A stretch of DNA of 64,000 bases. It comes from Raillietiella orientalis. Taxonomy: Eukaryota. Positions 37,860-51,886 of the stretch are shown one piece after another (position 1 is the first letter of the stretch; every line of letters begins with the position of its first letter). Both the position numbers and the translations under genes were made by a program. Under the pieces are notes generated by a model. It did no database searches. It worked only from the letters and a program-made list of their open reading frames with translations, and was not told the origin of the DNA. Where the stretch lies: the NCBI GenBank assembly GCA_036172245.1, contig JAYWIR010000043.1, positions 434,001 through 498,000 of the forward strand, written 5' to 3'.

Positions 37860-40800
37860 TATAAATATCAGCAAATCGTTATCCAAATCAATACATTCGA
37901 TTTGAGAAAGCCATCCAACAATCCGTCATTGTACCCCACAAAAACGACGAAGGCACCTATTACATAAAGACTAAATTCATCCAGTTTTACAATTTAACAA
38001 GCTCTTCGGAGATGCAAAGATCCATTCTTAAGGTATATAAAATTTATATACGTCACAAGTCCACTTAAATTCCGATTTCAACAGGTTGTGTCAATATTAT
38101 CTAAACTAAAAGACAATATTAACACAAGACCAGGGTCACATAGGTCACTCTCCAAAGCTGCTATTTGGTTACAACTTTGTAATTCCCTTAATCGATTGAA
38201 CGGTTCTGTGCATCTGCGATGCTATCAAAATCGAAGCCCAAAGTCATATACAATATGAATTCTGTTTTCCTTTGTAAGCGTACATATTTTCTTCAAAATA
38301 ACTATTTCGGTCCTACAGGAATGCCACTTCTCTTTTAAGGCATATCTTTAGTGACATGGCTTAAGAACTGGGCAAAAACCACGTGAAAGATATGACTGCA
38401 TCAATACCAGCCGAAATGAGCATTTTTTTTTTTTTTTTACTCATTTTACTAAAATAAGAAATCTTACATTACGGTCATTAAATGTCTGCACAATGAATTC
38501 TCCTTGTCACTATAAAGCTTTAACCTCCATATAACTTCATGAAACTACAAAGCTTTATGAAGTTGTATGGAGCACTATAAAGTTTTATGAAGAATGAATC
38601 TATATGTAATTTCTGTGAGACTATTGTGTTGATACTTTCGTCGTCTTTCGAGGATCTTAATCTAGGCAAGAGTTGCCAAACAAAAACAAAAACAAAAGAT
38701 CAACTATTCTTCAGATCTCAAGCCTTCAAATTGTATAAACCTTCTGAAGACATCGTTTCTCGAAGAAAACTCTTTTGCATTTATAAAAACAAGAATTTTT
38801 CTATCGTTTTGATTTTTCTCATCCTATGCGATGCGAATAACTCCGCAGTACTTTGATGGTTTTGGTGCACATGATGTGAAGTAAGAATCCAGGACCCAAG
38901 AGAATGGCACGATACTTAGATACATGGAAAGTGAGCGCTCTTTATGTATGGTCTGTTCATCTATTCCAGAACCAGAGAATTTACATCCCAAATTGACTAA
39001 TGAACTTGTGATTAGGAAGCTTAGTTATCAGCTAGTATGACTTTTTTGTGTGTCAATGTCAGTGAAGTTACCTTGCTCACAAGGCATTGGAAGCATCAAC
39101 AACATAGACATAAGGATAGATAAGAATTTCTAAGATAGTTCGATCTTTAATTACTGAAAGAATACTGCTCTTGAGACTATTTTTTCCTATAAATGGCGTT
39201 TCATCACCTTTGACAGACCATCAGCTTTGCTTTTCAGAACACAACGAAAGCAGCATCGGATTTGCCTTTACTACGTTCGGAGCCAACATTTGATTGCTAA
39301 ACGTCTCGGTGATCCAATGCACGAACCCTTCAAATTAACAGCATAAACAAAACAAGAGATAGTCATTCTTCTCTGTAACCTTCTTGATAAAATGCTAAGC
39401 CCCATTTCCAGCATACGAAAGTCATGTGGTTTTTTCAAGGGTAACGGTTTGGTTTTCCGTCGAACATATGCTCCTGTTCTTCGATTCCTGCAATCAAATG
39501 ACGAAGTAATGAAGTAATGAAGAGCACACTGATTTGCCATATCTTCCGAACATCCCCTAAGGATCGAACGAGATCAAGATTGTGGAGCGAAACAACAAGC
39601 GTGAATTTTGTCTGGGCGAGAGACGCATTCATGGTCCATTTCTTGAAACCTAACACCGTCTCGCTCGAAATGAGCCAAAAGAAGAAAAGTGAGAAGGATA
39701 GAACCGAAAATTATTCCTGATACAATAACGTGGAGATTTATGTTCTCACCTTGAAGTACGCAAGGGAGATGCACAGACAAAATTGAAACCCCCCCTTGAA
39801 ATCCAATTATTTAAGTGGTGATTTGTTGATTTGAGAGGCACTCAAAGGACGGTGCCTAGCGATGCCTCTCTACCGCCTTACGTCATGATCACACGGATAC
39901 CCTTTAACCATGGAGATACAGAACACTCCCGTTAAAGAAGCAAATTATGCATCCTTATCTCTGTCGCGAAAACAAAATCCTTTAGTTATTTGCTGTTAAG
40001 CCAAGGAGTTTTCACATGGATCAGTGTTTGTTAACAGCAACAATTTCTGATCATTGGATTCATAATCATATCGATTTGGATGAACATAAAGATAACGTTG
40101 ATACGGTATTTGTTTTCAATGAAAGAAAATGTTATTGGTTTTCAGATTGCTTTGCTTGATCATTGGCCCATTGAGTAAAATTACATGGAAGAATTCAACA
40201 CTACATATGTTCAGTCTAAAAGGCATTTAAGCGTAGTTCGCCCGTTGAAGAGAGGTGCAGCCACAATGCAGTTCTAACACACGAATGAATGTGTACATTT
40301 TTGCAGAAATATGTAAAATAAACGAAATTTCTGTATTATCGAAATGGCTTTTAATACAATCGATTGATAACAGGAATTCTGTGAAAACGAGTACGTGATT
40401 CCGTTTGTTTTCATCCTTTGCTTGATTCTGTTTTCCTTCTGGAACGAAACGAGTTCTCTTTGGCAGACAGCCGGATCTCCTTAACTACTGATGATAAAGT
40501 TTCAACTTGAAGGCACAAAGGGATTCAGAAGTCAAGTAAATACCACCGGCAAATTACGATCACCCACTCTGATCATTCGCATCCACAGATATTGGGGTTG
40601 ATTTCATGAATAAGCGAAAAAGAAAGCAAGCTGGGTTCCATGTACCTGCTGACTGGGATCTGCAAAGAACTCGGACGATGTTTTTATACAGTATGTGCTG
40701 CAATCTTTATTCAATACGTGGAGCGCGCCTTGATTGCACAAGGTCAGGTGCTGCTAAGTATAGGGTTTGCTGTACGGACCCGTTTAGCACAGGTTGGGGA

Positions 40801-41148
40801 ACAGGCCCTAGCTGATCTTGCTCCATCTCTCGTTCTCAGCTGTTTTCCGAATTTCCGACAGTGTCCTTGGAATCCCGTTCTTTAGAGGTCCTTTAGAGGT
40901 CACACAGATGTCGTTGTGCCAGGGTATGCTCTGCACACAAAAATCGAAGTGAAAGGAGTGCGATTTATACCCTCAGACAAATTTTCCAGAAACCTCGAAA
41001 TCTTCCGTGAAGGAAGATCCTAAATAAAGATCTGAGAAGTGGATACAGGCGTGGGAGAATCTGCGAACGCGACCAGTAATTTTCGTTATACTTCTTCCCT
41101 GGTCAGATCAGCACCGAAAAAGCTGCACGTACGGAAACGATATCGTTT

Positions 41149-44100
41149 TTATTTTTCATAATTGGATTCAATCGTCTCTTGGATCCATCCCAAGTATTTG
41201 TTCACTCTGGTGTACACTCCAGGAACTCCAGGTGAGGCACACTTTATACCATAGGACACAATACCAGCAAGAAACCAGACATCACTTGTTTCCTCAATTT
41301 TTAAGACCATTGGCCCTCCGGAATCTCCCTACAAAATAAAAATGTCAAACAGAAGGTTAAAGGTCACAGATTCCACCACCATCTCGTGTTCTGCAGCTAT
41401 GTCAAAAAGTGAACCATTTGTAACTTTCATGCGCCAAATACTGAGGTAGACAGCAGCACCTTAGTATGAGAAAAGGACTCGAAGTGGGGTTCGAATTGTA
41501 GGAGCTGTGATCCGTGAATTTACACTAAGGGTTTGCACAGCTGAGGGTAGCCACACCGACGTCTCGGGATCAGTGGAGCCAAAGTTTTGCCATCTATCTG
41601 TTCCTTTGTGGAAATCGATAATGCTTCACTCGGATCCCCGAGATGCGGAGGAGCTTATCATTCACCGACAAACGATACATCAAAAGAGGAAGAATACTGC
41701 AAAGAAGTTCAAATTTTCGTCTGAGATGGAAAAGATTCTCAAGAAGGAAAATCTTGAAGATGCAGTTTGGATTTCTTTAAATTTTAAGCGCTAAGATGGA
41801 AAAGGACACAATAGTGCAGACCCAGCATCAGCAAGAGTGCCAATTTCCGTGATCGCCGAATTTCAGAAGCGAAAAAACGATCACTACCAGAGAAGCAGAT
41901 GCATCCTGTTAAGAGCACATTATGAGTTAAAGGTATTCCACGGACAGTAACTTCTTTGGCAACCCTTGATTTCTTGAAAGAACCTCAACATACATCCGTG
42001 ATCAGTTAGTACAGCGCTTCACAAACATTCCTTTATCAGAATTGCAGTGAACGAAACAGCTTCTAAAGCATTTCTCAAGAAGCAAACTGCTCCTGAAGAA
42101 ACATTCATAAACGAATGCAAAATTTCCAATACATGATAAAAGAGCGAATCATTTAGCAACGATCTTTTTCTTTAATTCGTTTGAAACGCACAAAATCGTT
42201 GAGAATTTCGGTTTCGAATGCAATCTTCAGAGGACGGAAGCCATAAGGATGCACCTCCCCTATGACACACACGCTACAGGGAACCGGGAATTCGAGCAAG
42301 CAAGAGGAACACCAAACGACCACGCGGTTTTTGCGGTTTGAGACCACGTGGTTTTTCCTTTTTCTGCGGAACAGCACCTCCCGAACCCTGTGAAATTCCT
42401 CTCGAGGTTCTACTCAAAAAAAAAATTTCCACTGCATATGGAGACCAAAGTGGGCCTGGGAATTCCTCACAGAGTGTAGCTCTAGGATTTACATGTCACC
42501 CTATTTCATCTCGTCCCCAACACCAGTCCGCAACGAAGGAAATCCGCAAACAACACAAGCGGAGCGTCTCAGCCATCGCCCTGGAACCCTGGCCTGAAAT
42601 CGTGATAAATAAATAAATAAGACGTTTCGCATCTCGTAATTCAGGTTTCGCAGTCTCTTGTCCAGCCCGTAGGAATAGGTCTGTTAATGGAGCCTCTCTT
42701 AAAGAGTACGCGGTTGATTCTCTCAGAGAAGATCCACTCTGAGAGGCAGCCCATCTTCGTGTCTCGGACCCGAAGAGAAGGTCTTCATGGCGCGTGCGCA
42801 CACGCCGCGATGCTTGCGTGTGCTCACGCGCCATAGAGCCTGGACGCACAACGAAAAAAAAGCGAAGAGAGGAATGGAAACGACCCGAGGGAAAGGTCAG
42901 AATGGAGTCAACTCGTCCAGAAAGACCTTCCTTCCTTCTTCCCCCTTGCCTTTGGCAAATGGACCTCCTTGCTATGAGATCCCTTTCTACGCTGATGCCT
43001 GACAGAAACAGGAACGCTCGACAGAAAGCAGGAGAGACTAGAGAGAAAACCGTGGGGCCGTCCATGATTACCTGGCAGCTGTCCCTGCCCCCTGACTTGT
43101 ATCCCGCGCACATCTGGCTGTCCTGAAGCGGCAAAGGCAACGCCTCGGTGCACTCCTCGTTGTTCCACACAGGAACGATGACCTCTCGAAGGACGTCGCT
43201 CGCCTGTCCTTGGAAGGACGTCGTGCCCCATCCTGTCGGATGAGTCTGGAGTCCTCTCAGGGGAGGAGAGTAGGAGACTTACCCGTCACGACAGCGCTCT
43301 TCCCCACGAAGTCCAGGCCAGGAGGTGGCAGGCACACCGGCTTAATGAAGCTGTTGAACGTCACCGGATGGCGGAGTTTCAGCAGGGCGATGTCGTTCAC
43401 CTGACTGATGCGGTTGTACTGAGGGTGAGTGAAGATGCACTCCACCGGGATGTCCAGCTCCCTTGACACATTCCTCTTGCTGAAGTCGTACTCTCCCAGA
43501 CGCACAATCACATCTTCCGACTGGGTGCTGCAGCAGGGAAAAGAACGGGCGCATGTTCCTCTTGCAGCTTTCCGGGACCGGCGAACCCTCAAGACCGGGA
43601 AAGCGAGTCCCCGCCCCACCCTGCCAGGCAGCGACGCAGCGTTTCCGCGAGACGCGAGAGCGGGAAGCCACCGGGATGGAGCACAGAAGAATGTGCGGTG
43701 CGTTTCTCTCTCTTCAACCAAAGGGGGTCATCAGGAGACTCAAACGGACTCTCGGTGGCACGGCTGGCGTGATCCCCTGAGGATTGCGTTTAGCAGTCCT
43801 GGTTTCGCATACGCAACTTTGCGGGAAGAGGTGGCAGCAAACCCAGTGTCTGTAAGGTAGGTTACCTCAGTGCCGGGGAGACAGAGTAGCTCTGAAGAGT
43901 GTCCTTCTGCCAACTTGGAAACCAAGAGGAAACCTCATGGAGCTCGAATGAGGGTTTATGAGTTTACCCTTAGAAGTGGTGAGACGGCCGTAAGAAGTGG
44001 CGGAGGAGGATGGCGCAAGTAGGGAGGGAACTCTGGTTTGGGCGAAAACGAGTCAGTCTCCTGTCTGCAGCATCCTCCATGCGGAAGATAGGCTGCCAAG

Positions 44101-47100
44101 CTGGAGGCGAGGAGCAAAAAACAGCAATGGGAAGGAAAGTGAGGGTCAAGGTAGAAGGTTTGCGGAGACGGCCGTCCCATTCCTGCTCCGTGGGCTCAAT
44201 CACGTTCCTACGCCTATTCTAGAATGATGCCTGCATTTGAAGATTCTCTTCTACTTTCACAGCAGAGCCATTACAGACCCTTGGTGACTCCGAAAGGAAA
44301 GCGGGAGAGAATCTTCGAGACGAGATGGAAGAAGATCCTATTCTACTCCATGCGCAAAAATATGCTCAGACAGCAATGACTCCCCTGGAGGGGAGATTGC
44401 TAGGCTCCGGTAGATCTAACTGAGAGTCCTCGACAGGAAATCTCGAGGACAGGAGCGTTGGTTCCCGATCGGCTCTACTTGGCCGGCGTTTGGGGGCAGC
44501 GTTGCGACTCGGAAGGAATAACTGCGTGCCACAAAAAAAAGGGGGGGGGGAGGGAAAGGAGGAAGAAAAGAGAATTCTCTCCTTCTCCCAAGGAACCACT
44601 TGCCAGAAACTCCCGCCCACGAGCGAAGTCCCATCATCCAGAGGACAGTGGTGCTACCGCGCTGTGATCGAGAGGGGAAAGCAAGTCCCATCGCCTCGCC
44701 GTTTACTCTCACCTCACGACACAGTGGCTCGCAGACAGAACGTACAGTCTGTGGATCAGCGCCGCTCCACAGAACTGCTGGGAAGCTTTGTTCAGCAGAG
44801 CTGCCATCCATGGCCACTCCTTAGGGTCGGCGATGGATCCACCCACAATGCGAGTGAAGAGCTTCAGGTGAACCCCGCACTCCGGCGATCCTGAAACAAC
44901 GTGGCTAACAGCAATAGACGATAGCTGCGGGAGAATCCAGGGGACTCCGCGATCACTTTGGAATGCACCTCGCCTTCTTCGGTGGTTACCAAAAGTGGTC
45001 TCTGGAGATAAGCAGCAGAGCTCTTCGCTTTCACGAGAGTACTTCCTCTATCTCCGCAGCTTCCTGGATAATTATTCCCTTCCCATCCTAGCTCCCTTGC
45101 TGCCAAGCACCTGATGGATGAGAAGGGAATTCGATGCGCACAGAATGATAAAGACGCGTGGTTCAGAGAAGAAGAAGGAACAAGAAAAAAAGGATCCCCA
45201 ACGTCAAGAGTAAAAAGATGTGCACCAGGAAGTGGAGGAAGAGGAAACAAAGGGAGAAAGAAAAATATCAAGTAATGAAGAGTCCAGAGATTTCTTCCAC
45301 CGTATCATCGAGAAAAAGTTTTCTGGAACCCCCTCGGGTTCCTGTTCCGTTCAGATTCCACGAAATGAGAATAGATGGAACGAGTTTCCAGATCGTCTCT
45401 TCAGAAGATAGCCATTCGGGCATCTCGGCAGGACAGGGTGACAAAAGAAGTGTACCTGATTCTGAATCCAGCGGCGGTGGACTGGAAAACCTGTTCGATC
45501 CTTCCGGTTCGGGTGTCGAAGTCGAACCCACGGGTAGAGCAGGCACCAGGGTGAATGAAAAGGGAGGTCTAAACGTCGTGGAAGGCCTCACGGGCTGCGA
45601 ATACGGCCAAGAAGAAGGGGGCCTGGTGACCAGGGGCGGTTGAGGACGGTGGTAGTCGGTCCAGACGGGGCAGCACACGCCCACCTCGCTTCGAGGAACG
45701 GGGAGCATGAGCGCACGTTCGGCACTCTGATCTGTCAGCCAACCCGTCATTCCGGAGACATCCGACCAAGGCGACCTCGTCCCCCACTTCCTCCAGGCAC
45801 TCAAGCATGTCCTTGCAGGTTTCAGGCTGGCTCCTGACCCCGGTCTGACACTCGCGGTAGGTTGTGGACTGAAAGTCGCTCACACCCTATTGAGAAGCAT
45901 GCCCGCTCCTACTTTGGTCGCAGGCTTCACCTCTGTGATGTCGATCGAGGCGTTCTGGTTCGAGAGCCGCTCTCTGACCAGCGAGACCAGAAGCTTCAGG
46001 GTATCTGGAAGAAACGGCAACTCGTTCCTAAATCATCGTCACCCCCTCCCCCCCACCCCTCTAGATTTCCTCTAGCTGTTTCGTGACTGCAGTAGAAAAG
46101 AAAACGAGAGAGAAGAAAAAAACAAAAGGCGCTTGTTCGAGAAGAGAAAAAACTCCCTCTCTACCGAGACATATCCATGGAAACCAAATGCATCCCTCTC
46201 TGTACCTGCTTCATGCCTGGTTGTGTTTCTTCGAGTCAACTCCAAGTGGACCGATCGAAGTGAGGAGTGCATAGTCTCCCAAAGTTAAGAAAACCAGCGT
46301 GTTACTCAGGTAGGCATCCAGCCAAGATTCAACACAGGCGACCAGTCTGCGTTCTGGACACCTCCCTCCTGGTGGCAGAGAAGAATCCCATAAAGATGTT
46401 AAAAATTACGCCGGGAAAGGTCTTGCTACGGAGGTCCACTGAAGCTTCCTCACCTATCCCTCCTTCTCAGTTCAGATATCTACAGCTCTTTTCGACGTAG
46501 AGACGAAAGATGCCGGATGTTGAGAAGGGATCAAGAGAAAGGACTGAAGTGGCAGGAAGCCATCGTGGATTCTACATCGAGTGCAGACGATCAGTCCAAG
46601 CTCTTTGAGAAAACAAGTGAAACTTGTTTCCTGGACCTTAGTCCGGCGATCCTTTCTCCAGAATTGGCTCCTACCGATTGGTGGCAATCCTTGAGTGCAC
46701 GAGGCACTCAGAAGCTTCAAGGATTCTCCAGAGAGATCTTGATTTTGTTGATTTCTTTTTGTTGCACTTTTTGCCAAACAGCCACTTGCTAGCCATCGAA
46801 ACAAACAGCGCCTCTTTCGGCTTCTCCACGTGCCAAAGTCCCTCGATCCTTACGCAGCTCTCCAATGGAAAGCAACAAACCACCAGTAGTGGATGGTAAT
46901 CCCGTTGTATCTTGCTGGAGAAGGTCCTCTGTCCAGTACGTCTCCAATTGTCTTCGGAACGATTCAGACAAAAGTAAAACAAAAAGCACTCTCGGTGGTA
47001 GTGGCACGAGTGAGTGATGGACCTCTAACCGCACCACAGCGCTTTCCCGTTCGGTGTTCATGCGTGAAACTTCAAGAGCTTGGAACTGTGACTGCACATG

Positions 47101-48657
47101 TGATGTGAATTCCAAAAAGGAAAAAAGGAAACAAGGGTAAGTGAAGGGTGAGGGATTCTCTGGTGGCTCTCTTCCAAACTGCAGAGCGCGTCCCGTTAAA
47201 GAGATCAGCACATCTACCTTTTCACAGAACGTTTGCTGTTTCACGGAAATGGAGCTGTGTTTTCCTAACCCACTGACTGTCTGTGCAGGAAGACCTCGCC
47301 TAGTGCCACCCGGGAGATCTCCTTCACTTCGTCAAACTACGAATCTTTTCCGAAGAGTCTGGATGGCAGCATCGCGGAGAAATTTGCTTCCGGGGACAAA
47401 AGGAAACTCTCTGCTTGCGTTGGGAGAGGAGAGATGGGGAAAAGGGAGAGGATAGGTGGATGCATGCCCTCATGAATTCTGAAAGACCACTTTGGAGAGA
47501 AATCCAGGGGAGGACTGAACCACTTCACCATATCACGTGCCCGCACAAATTTCAGAAAAGGAAGAAAAGGAAAGCGGGAGGCTTCAGAAGATGCTGTTCG
47601 TGAGAACCGAGAAGTGCTAGAGGAAGAAGAAGAGGAACTAGAATATGATCCTCACCATTGTCCACTGGACTCTGCTGCAACTGAGTGAGCCGTGTGGTCG
47701 ACTGGACAGTAGAGCAGTCTCCGAAGACTTCACAAGGATTCTCGATAGAGCCTTCCAGCGCGACTCCTTCTTCAATGAGGAATGGAGAACCTCCATTTGG
47801 AGGCCGAAGGGCATTCCAGAAAGTACTTCCCCGGTTCGGGTGAGGAGAAGACTGCTGAACGACCGGTTTTTGTTTTTGTCCTCCAGCTGGGTTGCGAATG
47901 ACATCGGCGTTGGGTTGCGTTTTCTTTCCGTTCTCCAAGAGCTGCACCAGCGACCTGATGTCCTCTGTGATTTCTCTGGGAGCATCAGGGTAGGATGGAA
48001 CTTCAGAACGCACCAGTTCTTCTATGAATACTGGACGAAAGGACGAAGGAGAGTAGAAAGAACCGGAGGCAAGCGAGTGGATAAGATAGGGGGGAGGGGG
48101 GAGGGGGAGAAGAGGTCAGATGTTTCGCTTGCTTGCACGCAACCAGCGTTCGGGAGGACAGAGTCGCTCGCGGAGGAAGGCGCTAGCCTCGATGATCAGT
48201 GTGAAACCGTCCTGAGAAAGGAAATTCCAGAAGGAGGCCAAGTGGGAGAAGGACAGCACTAGCGTGGCTCTAGCGAGGCTTTCCCTTCTTTCCTGCTTCC
48301 CCTCCTCTTCGATGCTCCCCATATCGCTCTCGGTTCCTTCCTTGCCTACGAGGTGCTGTGCGCTGGCTTTCAAGGATGCTGCTGGCTGGAGCGCGCGGAG
48401 CGCACGGATCCCCTAGGAGGAGCTGCGCGGAACACGATCGGTAGCGAAAGAGGAAGGGAGTGAGCAAGAAGAAGGAAGGGAAGGGTCCTCCCTAGGAGTT
48501 TTTGCTCGGTCTCTCTGCCCTCCATCCCTTCCCTCCCCTGCGCGCACGCTACCGGGATCGGACCGTAGGTGGAGGACTCACTCTGCGACTCTCCTCCTCT
48601 GGGACACGTGAGAACGGCGGCAGCAAGCAGGCAGACATGGTACACACGCAACTGCAT
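41149..48657 (-). CDS. CLIP-domain trypsin-like serine protease (secreted zymogen)
   Basis: Exons 48657-48582 (signal peptide), 48030-47656, 46004-45913, 45868-45744, 45688-45456, 44890-44713, 43527-43283, 43232-43072 and 41328-41149, phase-consistent. Six-Cys clip domain [18 protein letters not shown]...GCLRNDGEVGVCCP, Pro/Ser/Thr linker, CG..FTR/IVGG activation site, triad SASHC, NDIALL, GDSGGP and S1 Asp (RDSC). Confidence 0.92.
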
Positions 48658-51600
48658 GGCTTTTTCTAGAATGCAGCCATCATCGTCTCCGCCGCAGCTT
48701 CGGGGCTGAGAGAGGCCTGGTCAGGTCGGGAGGAGCTTGGTTCGACCTTCGGGTTTCGGTGCAGAGGCGGACTGCGAGAGAAGAACAGCAAAACCCCCGT
48801 AGCTGCCCCTCTCTCGAAGACGGCATCTGTATTTTGAGATGCGACCGGTTACTGCTGACCTTGGTAGCCTCTCTCCAAGGGAGGGAACCGACGCCTTTTT
48901 AGAGACGTGGGTAGTAGCATCCCTCATCAGACTTCCTCATTCCTTCCCTTCATCCCCTTAAGAACAGGAAAAAGGAAGAAATTAAAAGAATTTCTGCCTT
49001 TCGTCCAGAAAGAGGAGGACTTCCTTCTCCCTCTCAACTTAGAAGAGAGAAAACACACCTCTTGGTGGATCCTTCGTAGCGAAGGAGATGTGGGAAGGTT
49101 TTCCGACCACTGAAACTGGCATTTCCATTCCGCAAGGAAATTCCAATGGAATGAGATAATGTTTGAGAATTACAGCGGCCGACCAGGAACGAGACTGTCT
49201 CCTCAACAGCTCCTTGTCTTTTCGCATCTGTGAGTATCCGCGCGTGCGTGGCTTTCTCTTCACTCTCTCTCCCGTGCAGATCTTTCCAGGGTTCCACGAC
49301 TGAAACGAGCATGAGAGCCAGACATGCAGCAAAGTCGCTAAGGAGAGAAAGAGACGTCTAATCTGCGTAGCGAGAAGATCCGTACGGCGGCAGAGGGACT
49401 GACCTTCTCCCGTCTCCTTTCCTTTCCTACTCTCTCTCTGGATTGGTCAGCAGTAAACGAAAAAAAAAAAAAAAAATCACCGCGAGTCCTTCGGAGAGGT
49501 TACTCAAAAACGCAGACAGATTTCATTTCGAGGAAAATGGCGGTACGCAACTGCGAAAGAGGTTTTCCTGGATCGCTGGAGCTTCAGCAGCCGACAACGA
49601 CGGAGTCACATACATAAAAAAGAAATCAGGGGAAAGGAGGAAGGAAAAAGCTGGGGCTTCAATGAGCCAATTCAAAGAACGCGCCCTTTTTTTTTTTCTT
49701 CTCCTAATCTCATTCCTCTAACACGATCCTAGCCTCTTGAAATTCTCCCAAGTACATCTTGATGTACTTGGGACCATCATGGTGATCTTGATGATCACCA
49801 TGATGGTATAGGAGAGCTGACTGCTGAGGATGAAGGATAGCTTAATCCTTCTTTAAGCATCGTCTGTAAAGCAAAATTTCTCTACTTCCAGCTTTGCGTT
49901 CATAAGATTATTTATGCTCTTCTCTCACCCATTCTAGCTCCTTAGTTTCAGGGACATGTAATCCACAATGATTGCTCTGTAAAACAACATCAGGAAAACA
50001 GCGCTTGCGTTCTTCCTATGCAGCATACAGCTTCTCTCCATCAGTAAGCAAACGGCCACTATCCGCACCATAGTCATCGGGGACTACCAGCCAAAAGTTA
50101 TCCACGACGCTTTACTGGAGCAAGATAAATAACGGCATTGAAACATGGTCTCCTCGCGTTTGATGAGCGACAAGGGAAAATGTAACTTCAATATTCCTCA
50201 GAATCTGAACGTAGAGACAAGACTATTCTTTGAAAAAAACTCTTCACTGAATAACGCTCGAAGCAATGACTCTTTTCATCACAGTTTATCTTTTTATTCC
50301 AATTTCTTTTTTTGTACCAGATGCGTGCAATGATGGCAAGGATAGCAGTCAGCATAGGACAAACTTCAGAATGCCAGTATCAGTATCTATCTGTAATCAC
50401 ATTTTGGGATTTGAAGTAATTAGGGAGTGATGATCAACTATTGGTAATCATTGCTAGCAATGAATTCTTTTGTGTTCCTGCATCGCTATTGTATTGTGCT
50501 AAGTGTATTCTGCTTTCACTCTCATGTTTCGAGAACTCCGTAGTTTCTGATTCATGACAAAACTATATTTAGTAGGATGTTGATTTTGGCAACCTTTTGG
50601 AAATAATGGCAATTTTCTCGTACATCTATCCAAGGAGATATTGTTTATTTATGAGACCTATCTTATTGAGATGCTTCAAGCGTTTTTCACCGCTTAGTTC
50701 CGAAATTTCTATCCTTTAAATTTGCTATGCATACAAAAACTAAAACGACGTATACAGCAGTAGATGAACCAAGTGTTTCTATTCATTTGAGATAATAACA
50801 TCTTTGTAAAATCAGTATATAACTATCATAAAGAAATCAAGGAATTTTTCACTTAGACTGCAGAGACTGGAACCTATTATAGGGGAAACTCTTTTTCTAC
50901 TAGAACCTCCAACTTTTTAAAAGACCGAATTGTATAAATACACATACTTAGGATCTGAGTAATTTTGTAATATATTACTCCTAAATTTTCGAAAACCGGT
51001 TTCCTTTCAGTTCAACACTGCGGTTTGAGCTGTTGTGTTTTTTAGTCGGTCCACACTCACAATTCCTGTTGTGTGATTTTCTGGCTTCCTGGTAGCTTTA
51101 CACTTAGGCACTGAATGTTCCATTTCGTGAGGACCGTTTAACCAGTTCCTATATGAAGAGATCTAAAGTTCTGTCTTGAAGAATCCGTTTTGCAAACCCA
51201 AGGGAAGTTTGTTAGTCTGTAAAGTTCTTTGATTCACTGGGGAAAACAAAGATACACTGTGAAACCAAAGAGGCAAAAATGTGTATCATGAATTTATTGC
51301 CGATTAATTTAACTGAACTGCAATTTTTCCCCTTAAAATTTGGCTCCCACGTTGCAACTATCCTCAAGGCAACCTCTGAATGAAGGGGAGAGAACGAGAA
51401 AAAACAACAAATTCAATTTACCAGGTGACTGCAGCGGTCCGGATTTTCATAGGAAATGATCTCTGGAAAAGTGGCCTTAATTTAATTTACCACGTTCTTC
51501 GTTGAGGAATGTTTCTTTCCCCATCCTGATGGGAATCAGCTAATTTTTCTGATGAAGGAAAAGTAGGAATAAGGAAAATCGTCCGGCTACTAGAAGTTGT

Positions 51601-51886
51601 GTACGAAAATGCACCACTGCACCAAAGTGGAACTGGAAATCTTGGAAATATGCAAACAGCCCTTGATACCCATGCTTTCGGCTATTTTAGACAACACGTG
51701 TAAGGCGTGCGTACACTTTCGCAGGGATACCGTTACGTAATGATAACAAAGCTGGTTGGCACCGTGCCGGCTGAGGTGTATAACACATCAGCAATGTGGA
51801 AATTAACGAGCAACCGAGTAGATTTAGTGATTCGGTAGTCGCCGAATATCGTACGGCTTCGTAAGGAAAAGAGCTGCTAGGAAACA

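Noticed and set aside
47645..48262. 205-aa plus-strand ORF
   Set aside because: It is the antisense shadow of CLIP-protease exon 2.
48140..48412. Additional candidate small exons in CLIP-protease intron 1
   Set aside because: They need weak donors; the direct GTGAGT phase-1 splice from 48582 to 48030 is simpler. They cannot be excluded as alternatives.
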